Part shown: in pieces, positions 51,535 through 59,402 of the stretch
How the letters are laid out: each line of letters opens with the position of its first letter
Numbering within the stretch: position 1 is the stretch's first letter
Source of the DNA: Lentisphaeraceae bacterium
GTDB lineage: Bacteria; Verrucomicrobiota; Kiritimatiellia; RFP12; UBA1067
Direction of reading: 5' to 3'
NCBI GenBank assembly: GCA_004551905.1
Contig: SFPL01000025.1
Span: forward strand, 2,757-66,756
DNA: 64,000 nt
Notes under the pieces: generated by a model
Database searches by the model: none
What the model saw: only the letters and a program-made list of their open reading frames with translations
What the model was told of the DNA's origin: nothing
Position numbers and translations under genes: made by a program

Positions 51535-53292
51535 ATGACTTTCGCAGGATGCATTCTTCTGGCGGTGATCGAGCTTACCGTGGTCGCGGGCGGCGAATTG
51601 CGGACGCGCGCGTTCTTCGACGCCAACAACGTGAAGGTGGGCGACCCGCTCGTCCTCACCGTCGACTTCATCGGCGACGCAGATTTCCGCAGCCTCCATC
51701 CGCCGGCGCTCGCGAGATCGGTCTCCTCGCGCGACTGGAAGGTGGACGACGCCAGCGCCAAGACCGACACCTACCGCGACGCGCGGCGGCTCACCTACCG
51801 GGTGCGGCCGATGCGCGAGGGCGTGCTCTGGTTCCCTGGACTCGAGTTCTCCTATCGCGGAACGGACGGCTCCGAGCGGCTGGTGCGCTCGAACGAGATC
51901 CCCGTCCACGCGAAGCGCGGCGCCGAGGTGGTGGTGGCGGGAATGGGCGAGGACCTCAATGAAATGCCGCGGCCGGCGGAGCTGGTGACCGAGCTCGGCT
52001 CGAAGCCGTGGGGAACTGATGCCGCGGCAGTTGGCGAGGACGCCCTCTTCGCCTGGCGCAGGGCGTGCGCAAAACCGACTGCGGACGCCTTCAAGGAGTT
52101 CGACTTCCCCGAGGCGCGTCTCAACGAGGCGCGCTGCGCCATCCTCGTCGGCGAATGGTCGCGTGCGCTTTCCGTGCTGCGCTCGCTTGAGTGGCGCATT
52201 GGCCAGACGCAGGAGGTGGAGCGGAATATCGTCGCTGCGCTCGCGGTCAAGTACGAGAACCCGGCCGTGGAGCTGCCGGTCTGGCGCCAGGTGCTGCGTC
52301 CGCTCCTCAGGCATGCCTGGACAGGACGCCTCGCCGTCGTCGCCGGTGTGCTAGCCGCGCTCGCGTTCGCCTTCTGGCTTTTCGGGCGCATCGTTCGCGC
52401 GCTTGCCTGCCTCACGCTCCTTGCCGCGCTGCTCGTCCCGGAGCAGTCCCGCGCCGAGGACGTCTTCGACCACATGGAGCGGCAGGTCCGCGAGATGGAG
52501 GAGCAGATGCGACGGATGGGCGCGGGCTTCGGCTCGCTGGGTTTCTTCGAGAAGGAGGAAGTGGAGCCGGTGCGGGTCAATGCCTCGGTCTCGGCCAGCA
52601 AGGCCCGTCCGACGGTCGGCGAGTCGTTCGAGTTCGTCGTCTCGCTGGACGCGCCCGCCACGGTGACGCTCTCGAACGTGCGCGTCTCGCCGTCGGAGAC
52701 GTTCGGGATCAAGGTGACCGGCAAGGTGCGCGTGCTCACGGACGCCAAGAGCACCAATCCCTCCAACGTCGTCAAGCGCCTGGCGATACCGGTGAGGTAC
52801 GACGTTCCCTTCCGCGGACGCGTCTCTTTCGGCGTGGACGGCATGGCTGCAGGGCGCGTTGCGCGCGGCGGGCGCTTCTCGATGTCGTTCTCGCGCTCGT
52901 TCCACGCCGACGCGCCGGCGATTGCGCTGGAGATCGCGCCGCCGCCGTCGGCCGGGCGGCCCGACGGCTACGCTGGCGTCGTCTCGGAGGGCCTGCGCAT
53001 CCACGAGCTCTGCGACATCCTGACGGTGGAGACGAACGACGTCGTCTGCATCACCTACCGGATGTACCCGACGAACGGCTATGTGCCGCGGTCGTACATG
53101 CCGCCAGGCTCGGCGTTCGAGATGTCGCGCAACGAGAACGGCAGCACAATCGAATACCGCCGGTTCTTCGTGGCGGACGGCGCGCCGAAGACGCCGCTGG
53201 TCAAGGTGGTCTATTTCGACCCGCGCACGCAGTCCTACAAGACCGCCGCCACCGGCGGCACGGCACTCAAGTACATGCCCCCGTCCCCTTAG
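51535..53292 (+). CDS. BatD-like protein (hypothetical; signal peptide, extracytoplasmic beta-rich N-domain, one mid-protein TM)
   Basis: The N-terminal domain 'AFFDANNVKVGDPLVLTVDFIGDADFRSL' and the TM 'LAVVAGVLAALAFAFWLFGRIV' near residue 270 follow the Bacteroides BatD layout. The call is weak. Confidence 0.4.
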   Translation: MTFAGCILLAVIELTVVAGGELRTRAFFDANNVKVGDPLVLTVDFIGDADFRSLHPPALARSVSSRDWKVDDASAKTDTYRDARRLTYRVRPMREGVLWFPGLEFSYRGTDGSERLVRSNEIPVHAKRGAEVVVAGMGEDLNEMPRPAELVTELGSKPWGTDAAAVGEDALFAWRRACAKPTADAFKEFDFPEARLNEARCAILVGEWSRALSVLRSLEWRIGQTQEVERNIVAALAVKYENPAVELPVWRQVLRPLLRHAWTGRLAVVAGVLAALAFAFWLFGRIVRALACLTLLAALLVPEQSRAEDVFDHMERQVREMEEQMRRMGAGFGSLGFFEKEEVEPVRVNASVSASKARPTVGESFEFVVSLDAPATVTLSNVRVSPSETFGIKVTGKVRVLTDAKSTNPSNVVKRLAIPVRYDVPFRGRVSFGVDGMAAGRVARGGRFSMSFSRSFHADAPAIALEIAPPPSAGRPDGYAGVVSEGLRIHELCDILTVETNDVVCITYRMYPTNGYVPRSYMPPGSAFEMSRNENGSTIEYRRFFVADGAPKTPLVKVVYFDPRTQSYKTAATGGTALKYMPPSP

Positions 53293-53452
53293 TCGCGAAT
53301 CACCCGCCGTCGCCCAGGCTACGGCGAGCAGGCCGAGCGGATTTTCGGGCGGGTTCTGGAACAAAGAGAGTCGAGAATATGCTATACTATGCACATTGGC
53401 AATGCCGATTCGGCATCAAACCAAGTTACAGTGACAAAACAAAGGAGCAGAC

Positions 53453-54331
53453 ATGAACAAACTGGCAACAAGTCTTTCGGTGGCGCTGTGCGCGGGCGCG
53501 CTTTTCGGGGCCACCGACGAAATCGGGATGGCGGTCGCGCGGACTTTCGCCGGCAAGACGGCGGTCATAACCGGCGCAGCGAGCGGAATGGGGCTCTGCA
53601 CCTCCAGGACGCTCGCGGCTGCGGGCGCGACCGTGTTCATGTGCGACATCAACGGCGACGGCGTCAGGAAGGCCGCAGACGAGATCAATGCACAGGGCAA
53701 GGGCAGGGCGTATGCGGTCGAAGCGGACGTAAGGAAATTTGAGGACGCCGAGCGTTCGGCGGCGCTGGCGGTCGAAAAGACGGGGAAGATCGATCTGCTC
53801 ATCAACTACGCCGGTGGCAACGAGGCGCGGTGCTGCTCGAGCTACAAGCCCATCTACGAGCAGCCGCAGGAGGTCATCGACTGGGGCCTCGACACAAACC
53901 TGAAGGGGGCGGTCTACTTCTCCCGCGCGTGCATGCCGTACATGGTCAAGGCCAAGAGCGGCGTCATCGTCACGCTCGGCTCCGTGACGGGCTTCGAGTG
54001 CGACGGAAACAGCACCTACGGCATCACCAAGGCAGGTCTCGACCGTCTCGCCCTGACTCTTGCCAAGGCTGGCGCACCGTATGGCATCCGCGCGTTCTGC
54101 GTCGCGCCCGGCCCGGTGCTGACGCGTCCGGCGATGGCGAAGATGAAGACGGCGCTCGGCTTTGCCTCGGAGCCGCAGGAAGTCGTGGACTACATCCTCT
54201 TCATGGCGTCGCCGAAGGGCCGCTCCATCACCGGCACCACCCACGTCATTGACGCCGGGCGTCTCGTTCTGTCGCGCAGCAGCACCGCCGACGCCCTGCA
54301 GGACGGCTCGGGAAGGAACTACAGGAAATGA
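53453..54331 (+). CDS. SDR family oxidoreductase
   Basis: 'GKTAVITGAASGMGL' is the TGxxxGxG motif. 'YGITKAG' is the YxxxK active site. An N-terminal hydrophobic leader is present. Confidence 0.85.
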   Translation: MNKLATSLSVALCAGALFGATDEIGMAVARTFAGKTAVITGAASGMGLCTSRTLAAAGATVFMCDINGDGVRKAADEINAQGKGRAYAVEADVRKFEDAERSAALAVEKTGKIDLLINYAGGNEARCCSSYKPIYEQPQEVIDWGLDTNLKGAVYFSRACMPYMVKAKSGVIVTLGSVTGFECDGNSTYGITKAGLDRLALTLAKAGAPYGIRAFCVAPGPVLTRPAMAKMKTALGFASEPQEVVDYILFMASPKGRSITGTTHVIDAGRLVLSRSSTADALQDGSGRNYRK

Positions 54332-55368
54332 GCGCCGCTCTCGCGGTCTGTGCTTTGCTTGCGGCGGTCCCGTCGCCTTCCGAGATGCGCGGGCCGTTTC
54401 CGATCATGTCCACGCCCTACCACGAGGACGGGGCGGTGGACTACGCCGCCCTCGCCCGCGAGGCGCAATGGACTGACGACTGTGGATGCCCTGGCGTCAT
54501 CTGGTGCCAGTCCAACGACGCCGTCGACCTCCTGACTGCCGAGGAGAAGTTCAGGGGGTTCGAGGCGTGCGCTAAGGCGGTTGAGGGGCGCAAGATCGTC
54601 CTCGCCCTCGGCGCCAACGGAACGAACGCGACGGAGATGCTCGAGTTAGCCGCTGAGATAGAGCGCGTCGCCGAAAGGCATCCGGCCGCGAAGATAGCGA
54701 TGATATCGCGTCCGCCGGACGACGCCCGCTCGCAGGCCGACATCGAGTCGGCGTGGGACGCGCTTGGGCGCGTTGCGAAGCGTCCGGTCATCTTCCAGAC
54801 GTATGGGACGAAGGAGACGCCGACTCCCTCCGTCGAGCTGATCGTGCGACTGGCCGAGCGCCATCCGCACGCCTTCGGATACGTGAAGGAAGAGGCGGCG
54901 GGATGGGAGGCCAACGAGCGCATGTTGAAGGAGAACGCCGCGAAACCCGTGATGAAGACGGTGTTCGCCGGATGGGGCGGATGGCAGTGGCTCCTGCAGC
55001 TTCGCCACTGCGGCAGCGAGGGTCTCGTCACCGAACGCTGCGCCTACGCTCCGATCCTCGGCGAGATATGGCGGCGATACGAGAGGGGCGAACGCGGCCT
55101 CGCACTCACCGAGGCCTACGCTATGTACAGGCTCCTCATCGACCAGCGCAACATGCCAGGCGGCCTCAGGGGCTACTCGCTCTACCTTCTCAACAAGGAG
55201 GGGGTGTTCAGGAACATGGTCTCGCGCCAGTACGAGGAGGCGAATGTCACCGAGGGCGGGAGTTTCGGCGCGGGGCGCAGGTGGAAGCTCGACAAGGTGA
55301 CGCTCAACGACCTCCAGAAGAAGGAACTAGACCTTTTGTACAACGACATGATGGAGTTCGTGAAATGA
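54328..55368 (+). CDS. dihydrodipicolinate synthase / N-acetylneuraminate lyase family protein
   Basis: 'IMSTPYHEDGAVDYAAL' is a DapA-like N-terminus (..TPF.EDG.ID...L). It has an N-terminal hydrophobic leader and overlaps its neighbours by 4 nt. Confidence 0.55.
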   Translation: MSAALAVCALLAAVPSPSEMRGPFPIMSTPYHEDGAVDYAALAREAQWTDDCGCPGVIWCQSNDAVDLLTAEEKFRGFEACAKAVEGRKIVLALGANGTNATEMLELAAEIERVAERHPAAKIAMISRPPDDARSQADIESAWDALGRVAKRPVIFQTYGTKETPTPSVELIVRLAERHPHAFGYVKEEAAGWEANERMLKENAAKPVMKTVFAGWGGWQWLLQLRHCGSEGLVTERCAYAPILGEIWRRYERGERGLALTEAYAMYRLLIDQRNMPGGLRGYSLYLLNKEGVFRNMVSRQYEEANVTEGGSFGAGRRWKLDKVTLNDLQKKELDLLYNDMMEFVK

Positions 55369-56534
55369 AAGACGGCGCCTTTTCCGGCCAGTCCGACAAC
55401 ATGGTCAAGGCCGTCCAGGCGCCGTCAAATGCAGTCACAAGAAGGTGGTTTTGCCTTGGCCTCGCCTCGGGGGCTGCCGCGTTCGGGCTCGGCTGCGTCG
55501 GAAGCAGGCGCTCGGCATGTGAGAACACGGCTGTGCGCGCGGCCGTTCGGAAGTGCGTCGAAGACGGCCTTTACGCTGGGCTTGCCTGCGCCTCCAGCCG
55601 CGGCGACATGTATCTTGAGGGCTCACTGCGGATCGGCGGGCCGAAGCTGCCGGTCACGGACGAGTCCCTTTTCGACCTCGCCTCCGTCGGGAAGACGCAG
55701 ACAGCCGCGCTTTGTGCGCTCCTGTACGCGGACGGCAGGCTCGACGTGGATGCGCCGTTTACCGAATACATTCCGGAGCATGTCCTTGCGAAGGAGAACT
55801 GCCGCATCACGGTGCGAGACCTTGCGACGCATTCCGGCGGCTTCGACAACTCCAAGCCCTACATGGTGGCGGACCCCGCCGCGATGTTCGAGGAACTCTA
55901 CCGCAAGCGTCCGGTGTGGCCTCGCGGCGAGCGCTTCTGCTACGCCTGCTCGAACTTCGTGTATCTGGGGCTGATCGTAGAAAAACTTACCGGCCTCGAC
56001 CTCGACGCGGCGGCGCGACAGATGCTGTGGGGCCCCCTCGGCATGTCGCGCACGACGTGGAACACGGTCGTCGGGTACCAGGATGTCGCGGAATACCCGC
56101 AGTCCACCTACGGCGGACCGAAGCGCAAGATAGGCGAACACAACGACATCTGCGCGCATCTCGCGCCGCGCCCGATGGGCAATGGAGCAAATTTCTCAAC
56201 GGCTCCCGATATGCTGAAGTTCGTGACGGACATGCTGCGCCGCGAACGGTTCCCGAAGGCGTACTACGACCTCCAGTTTGCGCCGTCTTTCGAGAAGGGA
56301 GGCTATCGCCGTAGTTTCGGGTGGGAATTGACCGCAGAGAAATCCGCATATTTCGTCTGGGCGAAGACAGGGTTTTCGTCCCATGCGATCTGCCATCCTG
56401 GATGGACAGGTTCCGTCATCGCAGTGGATCCGAATCACGACTTTGCCGGCGTCGTGCTCGGCAACAGGATAGCCAGCAAGGAGAAGACCATGGGCCCCAG
56501 GATGAAGATTCTTGACATGATGAGGACTGCCTAG
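55365..56534 (+). CDS. serine hydrolase, beta-lactamase/transpeptidase-like family (Tat signal)
   Basis: 'RRWFCLGLASGAAAFGLGC' is a Tat/lipobox signal. 'ASVGKT' is the SxxK motif. 'YACSNF' and 'HPGWTG' are class-C-like motifs. Confidence 0.8.
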   Translation: MKDGAFSGQSDNMVKAVQAPSNAVTRRWFCLGLASGAAAFGLGCVGSRRSACENTAVRAAVRKCVEDGLYAGLACASSRGDMYLEGSLRIGGPKLPVTDESLFDLASVGKTQTAALCALLYADGRLDVDAPFTEYIPEHVLAKENCRITVRDLATHSGGFDNSKPYMVADPAAMFEELYRKRPVWPRGERFCYACSNFVYLGLIVEKLTGLDLDAAARQMLWGPLGMSRTTWNTVVGYQDVAEYPQSTYGGPKRKIGEHNDICAHLAPRPMGNGANFSTAPDMLKFVTDMLRRERFPKAYYDLQFAPSFEKGGYRRSFGWELTAEKSAYFVWAKTGFSSHAICHPGWTGSVIAVDPNHDFAGVVLGNRIASKEKTMGPRMKILDMMRTA

Positions 56535-56764
56535 ATTGCGGCAGTCGCGTGTGCGGCACTGGCGTGCCGCGCCGCTTTTGCGGCTTCGCCGCAGTGCCTG
56601 GTGCCTGGTGCAATGGATCCAGCGAAGTGAAAGCACCTCTGCCCTCCACTGATGGTGGAATCTGGTCGCGGGTGATTCAATATGATGTGCCGCCGGTTCC
56701 GTATTTCGGCTCTGGCCACCACAATGGGTTGTGGAGGAGTTTTCAAAAAAAACACAATCCCCCC

Positions 56765-56793
56765 TTGTCAAACTCACGGAAACTTGGTATATT
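56765..56793 (+). promoter_or_regulatory. strong sigma70-like promoter of HU gene: TTGTCA-17-TATATT with upstream A8 and C6 tracts
   Basis: TTGTCA is at 56765-56770 and TATATT at 56788-56793, preceded by TGG (extended -10). An A8 tract at 56745-56752 is UP-element-like. Confidence 0.5.
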
Positions 56794-56857
56794 ACTCACA
56801 TCCACGGCGGAAAGGGTTTTTCGCGTGGTTCACTAGTGAAACAAAAAGGATCCAAAC

Positions 56858-57151
56858 ATGGCTAAGAAAGTTCCTGCCACCAAGTCCGAGATCATGGCCG
56901 CCATCGCTGACGCCGCCGGCATCAGCAAGAAGCAGGCCGTGGCCGCCTACGAGAAGTTCCTCGCGATCGCCTACGAGGGCGCGAAGGGCGCAAAGGGCAT
57001 CGTCCTTCCGGGTCTCGGCAAGCTGATCAAGATCAACCGCAAGTCGCGCATGGGCCGCAATCCCGCGACCGGCGAGCAGATCAAGATCGCCGCGAAGAAG
57101 GTCGTGAAGTTCCGCGTTGCCAAGGCGGCGAAGGACGCGGTCCTCGCCTAA
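56858..57151 (+). CDS. hup: HU family DNA-binding protein
   Basis: 'SEIMAAIADAAGISKKQAVAAYEKFL' and 'GKLIKINRKSRMGRNPATGEQIKIAAKKVVKFR' are present. It is 97 aa. Confidence 0.9.
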   Translation: MAKKVPATKSEIMAAIADAAGISKKQAVAAYEKFLAIAYEGAKGAKGIVLPGLGKLIKINRKSRMGRNPATGEQIKIAAKKVVKFRVAKAAKDAVLA

Positions 57152-57272
57152 CGGCACGATGGCGACTTGATTTCGAAGTTGCCGCAGACGGGCGCGGGCC
57201 GAAAGCTCGCGCCTGTCTTATTGATTTCACCGGTCGTTTCCAAGGGCGGCTATTCTCACAGAGGGAAACAAA

Positions 57273-59384
57273 ATGAAGAATCTTAAACTGGCAATGGTGG
57301 CTCTTATCGCGGCAACAGCCGCGGCGGAGGAGGCAGCGCCCGCGCTTTCGGTGGAGACGCTGTCGCCAACGACCGTGCATGTGAAGGATGTCAGGTCGCA
57401 GGGGAGCCTCCTCAACCGCTACGGCATGATTGAGGACATGAAGGCACCCGCCGTCGCCGCGCCCGTCGGCGGCAAGGTTGATTGCGCTTTCGGAGTGGTC
57501 GAGGCGAAGCGCGAGGGGAAGGGATGGACGATACGCTTCCCGCTCGAGAAAGTCGAGCGCGTCTACGGCCTTGGCGACGCAAGCCGCAAGGGCATCCAGC
57601 GCCGGCCGGGACGATATGAGATGTATGTGAAGAACATCGCCAGCTACATTCCGATTCCAATGGTCATCACTTCGAAGGGCCGCGGGTTCCTGCTGAACAC
57701 CACTTGGCCGAGCGTGGTCGACGTGGGCAAGGCCGACCCCGACGCTATCGTCTGTACCGTCGACGGCGGCGACATCGACTTCTATGTCTTCACCGGACGG
57801 GACTACCGCGAGCTGCTTGACGCCTACACCCGTCTCACCGGCCGTCCAGCGCTGCTGCCCGCCTTCGCCTTCGGCTTCTCCTATGTCTGCAACCAGTGGA
57901 TTGACGCGTTCAACCTCCTTCGCGAGGCGCGCGATTTCCGCGACCGCGAGTTGCCCTGCGACGTAATCGGCCTCGAGCCGGGGTGGATGGAGACCTTCTA
58001 CGATTTTTCGACCCGCAAGCGCTGGGACCCCGGCAGGTTCTACATGCCGTATTGGATGAAATCAGACGCGCGGTACTTCTTCTCCCGCGGCCTTGAGCGG
58101 ATGGGCTTCAAGCTTTCGCTCTGGCTCTGCTGCAACTACGACCTCACCCGCTACGAGGAGGAGCTCCTGGAGGGCAAGTGGAAGGGCGCCATGGAGCGTG
58201 ACGCGAAGCCGCAGGAGATCGACGAGACTTTCGTCGACGAGCATGTTGTCAAGCCCAATGCCATCAGGGACCCGCGCTACAACATCGAGTGCGGGCGCGC
58301 GCGGGCGCTCGGTCCGGAGGGGACGCGCCCATGGTTCGAGCATCTCAAGTACTTCTGCGACACGGGGGCGAAGTGCTTCAAGCTCGATGCGTCCAGTCAG
58401 GTGGACCCGTCCTCGCGCAAGTGGGCAAACGGCCGCTCCGACGCGGAAAACCACAACGCCTATCCCGTCATCTACGCCAAGCAGATGAGCGAAGGCTACG
58501 AGACCTACACGAAGAGCCGCGCGATGGTGTACACCTCCTGCGGATTTACCGGCATCCAGCGCTATGTCGCCACCTGGGCCGGCGACACCGGCGGCGGGGT
58601 GGGCACGCTCGTTTCCTGTCTCAACCTCGCGGCGAGCGGACACTCGAACCAGAGCTGCGACATGTCCATCTTCGACGCGGACAGCAAGCCAGATCCGGCC
58701 GCCATCCACTACGGCTTCCTCTCGCCCTGGAGCCAGCAGAACAACTGGGACTACCACCAGCAGCCGTGGTACCAGGAGAACGAGGGCTTCGAAAGCTTCC
58801 GGGCGATGGACGGCCTGCGCTACCGGCTCTTCCCGTATCTCTACACGGCCGCGGCCGAGGCGCACCGCACCGGCTGGCCGATGATGCGTCCGCTCGCGTT
58901 CGTGCATCCCGACCGCGAGGACTACGCCGACGTTGTCACCACGTACTACCTTGGTGACGACCTCGTGGTGACGGCGTTCGCCGACGAGGAGATCGTTCCT
59001 CCGGGAGAGTGGTACGACTTCTTCGACGGTGTCAAGGTGGTCGGGCCGGCGCGGCGGAAGGTCGTCCCGTCGCTCCGCCGCGGCGGCGGACTGCTGGTGC
59101 GCGCCGGCGCGGTGGTTCCGATGTGGCCGCTGAAGCAGCACCTTGACCGCGGCTGGAACGAGACGGTCGAGCTCCACGTCTGGCCCGGCGACGGTGAGGC
59201 GACGCTCTACGAGGACGACGGAGACTCGCTCGCCTATCGCGACGGTGCCTACGCGCTCACGCGCATCGTCAACCGCGGAGGCAAGCTGGAGATCGGGCAG
59301 CGCCAGGGCTCCTTCGCAGGCATGCCCGCCGCGCAGCCGAAGTTCGTCATCGTCAACGAATCAGTCCCTCGTAGACACAGATAA
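57273..59384 (+). CDS. glycoside hydrolase family 31 (alpha-glucosidase/alpha-xylosidase-like), secreted
   Basis: It has a signal peptide. 'LPCDVIGLEPGWM' is the catalytic region and 'ATWAGDTGG' is the GH31 W.GDN-type motif. Confidence 0.75.
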   Translation: MKNLKLAMVALIAATAAAEEAAPALSVETLSPTTVHVKDVRSQGSLLNRYGMIEDMKAPAVAAPVGGKVDCAFGVVEAKREGKGWTIRFPLEKVERVYGLGDASRKGIQRRPGRYEMYVKNIASYIPIPMVITSKGRGFLLNTTWPSVVDVGKADPDAIVCTVDGGDIDFYVFTGRDYRELLDAYTRLTGRPALLPAFAFGFSYVCNQWIDAFNLLREARDFRDRELPCDVIGLEPGWMETFYDFSTRKRWDPGRFYMPYWMKSDARYFFSRGLERMGFKLSLWLCCNYDLTRYEEELLEGKWKGAMERDAKPQEIDETFVDEHVVKPNAIRDPRYNIECGRARALGPEGTRPWFEHLKYFCDTGAKCFKLDASSQVDPSSRKWANGRSDAENHNAYPVIYAKQMSEGYETYTKSRAMVYTSCGFTGIQRYVATWAGDTGGGVGTLVSCLNLAASGHSNQSCDMSIFDADSKPDPAAIHYGFLSPWSQQNNWDYHQQPWYQENEGFESFRAMDGLRYRLFPYLYTAAAEAHRTGWPMMRPLAFVHPDREDYADVVTTYYLGDDLVVTAFADEEIVPPGEWYDFFDGVKVVGPARRKVVPSLRRGGGLLVRAGAVVPMWPLKQHLDRGWNETVELHVWPGDGEATLYEDDGDSLAYRDGAYALTRIVNRGGKLEIGQRQGSFAGMPAAQPKFVIVNESVPRRHR

Positions 59385-59402
59385 CAAAGGAGGTAGTCCG
59401 CC

